Positions 42,876 to 45,457 of a stretch of 45,457 nt of DNA are shown in pieces. Each line of letters opens with the position of its first letter. Within the stretch, counting starts at the first letter, position 1. The position numbers and the translations under genes were made by a program. The notes beneath the pieces were generated by a model. It was given only the letters and a program-made list of their open reading frames with translations, ran no database searches and was not told the origin of the DNA. Origin of the DNA: Chrysochromulina tobinii (taxonomy: Eukaryota); the NCBI GenBank assembly GCA_001275005.1, contig JWZX01002865.1, positions 1 to 45,457 on the forward strand, in the 5' to 3' direction.

Positions 42876-43909
42876 GGTTTGTTATCGAGTTTGGGGGGGT
42901 TTGTTATGTATCAGGATACGTATCCCATGTATCACGCATGTATCCCGCATGTATCCCGCATGTATCCCGCATGTATCTTGATGTGTCCCGTTCATATATA
43001 CATCAAGATACATCAAGATACATCGAGATACATTTGTATCTTGACTTTGGCCATCATAGGAAATGTATCTTACCTAGGGATATGTATCCTTCTTTACGAT
43101 ACATTTAGGATACAGTAAGGATACATTTAGAATACAATGTATCTTAACCCTCAGATACATGACACACAAGATACATGCACGATACATGTCAGATACAAAG
43201 GGATACATTCGTACATTCGAGGATACGTATCTCGAGCCCGACTTGCGGGGCGCGTGGATTCCCCCAAACCCCCGAGATACGTGTCCCGCATGTATCCCGC
43301 ATGTATCCCGCATGTATCCCGCATGTATCCCGCATGTATCCCGCATGTCTCAATTCATATCGGATGCATCTCTCTCTGGATGCATTTGAGATACATGTAT
43401 CTCATCATGTATCTTGGATATATCCCGCATGTATCTTGATCACCCTTGCAGATACACGATGTATCTCGCATGTATCCCGAATGTATCTTGCATCTCAGAT
43501 ACTGTACGTACCTCGTCATGACGCATCCAAGATACATGTACACATGTATCGTGATTTTGTATCTCGGTGTATCCTGATGTATCATAAGATGTATCGTGAT
43601 GAAGAGTCCAAGATACACGTATCCTGATGTATCCTGATATGTATCCAGTGTGACACCAGGAGGAAGCGCCCAAGATACATGTATCTTGATGTATCTGATA
43701 TTATGTATCCCAAAATGTATCTTGGACTCGTTTGGGATACGTGTAAACTACATGATTCTCTTGGAATGTAACAGGGCATTTAAGATACATTTGAGATACA
43801 TCAGGATACATGAGGGATACATGTATCCTTCAGGATACACGCAGGATACATCACGATACATCAGGATACGTATCCTGATAACAAACCCCCCCAAACTCGA
43901 TAACAAACC
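42876..43909. mobile_element. MITE/foldback-like element with about 46-bp TIRs and GTATC/GATAC-rich interior
   Basis: GGTTTGTTATCGAGTTTGGGGGGGTTTGTTAT(GTAT)CAGGATACGTATCC versus its reverse complement at 43864-43909; 11-bp tandem ATGTATCCCGC arrays. Confidence 0.8.
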
Positions 43910-44185
43910 CCCCCGCAGCCTGCCAGGGCCCCCGGGGCGGGGGCGCCGGCCGCCTTCCGGCCGCCGGGGGAGGGTGGGTAAAGAATGCTGAATGCAGAAT
44001 GGACAACAGCGAACAGGGTACATCGTGAGAATGCAGAATGTACAACGGTCGAACGGTCGGAGGCTCGGAGCCAGACAGTGAAAATTTAAGCTGGTTCGTG
44101 CCTCGAGCCTCCACCGCGCAACCACGGCCTCGTGCATGTCGATTTGACGATTTCGATGTGAACAAGGGCCGGAGAAATCACTCAT

Positions 44186-44423
44186 GTTGACCCAAGGGGG
44201 AGTGGTCTACTATTTTATTCATGTTTATAAGGCCCTAACCCCACACCTGTTTGGGAACTGAATGGTTGACCCAAGGGGGAGTACGTCTACTATTTTTCAT
44301 GTTTATAAGGCCCTAACCCCACACCTGTTTGGGAACTGAATGGTTGACCCAAGGGGGGAGTGGTCTACTATTTTTCCAGTGTTTATAAGGCCCGTAACCC
44401 CACACCTGTTTGGGAACTGAATG
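44186..44423 (+). repeat. Three tandem copies of a 78-81-bp unit
   Basis: GTTGACCCAAGGGGGAGT..TCTACTATTTT..GTTTATAAGGCCC..CCCCACACCTGTTTGGGAACTGAATG starting 44186, 44265, 44343. Confidence 0.92.
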
Positions 44424-45376
44424 GGGTGGGCTTACCTTACATGTTTTCATGCACAAGAGACGAATCGCCGCGTGTCCAATGAAAGTTTGAAACCTTTCTC
44501 GCAGATCCCTCGCATGCCGTTTTTCTTTTTTTACGTGGGGTTTCGTGGCGTTAAGCCGTAATGTCTACTGAGCGTGCTGTTCATGTGCGGACCTGTCTAT
44601 CCGCTGGACATGTTCTACATGTGCGGACCTGTCGATCCCGTCTGCTGGACATGTTCTACTCTACATGTAAGCGAACAGTAACAAAAAGCCTGTGACTGTC
44701 ATGATAATGTGACTGTGTCTGTATTATCATGATACGTGTAGACTTCAGTTCACCGCCGCGGCGCTTTGCGCCGCGGGTCTCGTCTAGTCGATAGAGAAAT
44801 CGATAGAGAAATCCAAAATTGGAAAGTCGGCTGCTGTAAAGGTGGCAGCTCGGCTCGCAGACATGTACAGTACTCTATACGTCACTCGCAAATGGTCAGT
44901 CTACATTTGCCTTGAGGTGTGTCTCTCGAGACTCTCTCGAGGTGTCGATTAGCCCCGCGAAACTGTTTAGGTGTTTTCTAAATCGGCCGGTCGTACAACG
45001 CTGCCATCCCGATTCCCGAAGATGGACTTTGAGGAGTATCGAATATGTGTAAAAGTTGCTTGAAAAATTCCCAGGTGGGCGCGCCGTCCTGATGTCCGGC
45101 GTGTGCCCTGGCAACGACCTTCCGTATCCGTTACAAGCTGGATTCGCGCCGAGCACGCTGGTGCTGAGAGGCTCAGGATAGATAGGCCAAGGGGCGGGGG
45201 GGAGTGGGGTCAAGCAAGCAAGGAAGCTTGACCCATGCTCAGCCCCGAGGTCAAGCTTGACCCCACCCCTCTTGCTTGACCCGGACCCTCTCAAGACCTA
45301 ACGGGCGGTCAAGCTATAAGCTTCCGCTCGTCGCGCTTCGGTGGCGCGGGTCAACCAAGGTGGACGCGAAGCCCTG

Positions 45377-45457
45377 GCTGTCGAGCTGTCGAGCTGTCGA
45401 GGCTCCGTCGAGGCGCTGTCGAGGCGCTGTCGAGTCGACTGTCGAGGCGCTGTCGAG
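45377..45457 (+). repeat. CTGTCGAG-based minisatellite (8-11-bp units) running off the window end
   Basis: Reiterated GCTGTCGA / GCTGTCGAGGC. Confidence 0.85.

Larger units (their letters stand above)
42571..44444. mobile_element. Putative non-autonomous TIR element with subterminal tandem repeats
   Basis: Starts ACATGTAAGGTA, ends TACCTTACATGT; left end GTAGACCACT..GGGTCA matches the inverse of the right-side repeat unit. Confidence 0.5.

Noticed and set aside
42711..44185. Cluster of Tyr/Met/Ile-rich ORFs
   Set aside because: Translations of the GTATC-rich repeat element

Overview
GC-rich, gene-dense eukaryotic nuclear DNA with short spliceosomal introns (GT-AG, one probable GC-AG). Gene content and composition suggest a haptophyte-like alga (inference only). 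Recognisable genes: TPR-like protein with an ER-retention-like tail, Sfi1-like and SHIPPO/ODF3-like proteins, ABCG transporter, EF-hand protein, PAN/apple-like protein, selenocysteine thioredoxin reductase (GCUG end plus SECIS), SAM methyltransferase, katanin p60, phosphatidylserine decarboxylase, Cys-less pentameric ligand-gated channel, exportin-T, NAD(P)-binding protein and an RlmM-like methyltransferase. Main findings: (1) introns that appear built from a local exon duplication plus a shared module (TGCATGCAAGTGCTCACCAC, twice followed by CCCCACAG), a candidate intron-generating system; (2) a 1.64-kb insertion with inverted (GTCAA)n/(TTGAC)n ends and a 9-bp direct repeat; (3) a single-chain SKP1-like + F-box-like + BspA-LRR protein; (4) an accessory block with an interrupted GIY-YIG/C2H2 gene and a frameshifted GHKL-ATPase/HEXXH gene; (5) nested TIR elements near the right end. 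All calls are by eye; no searches were run.
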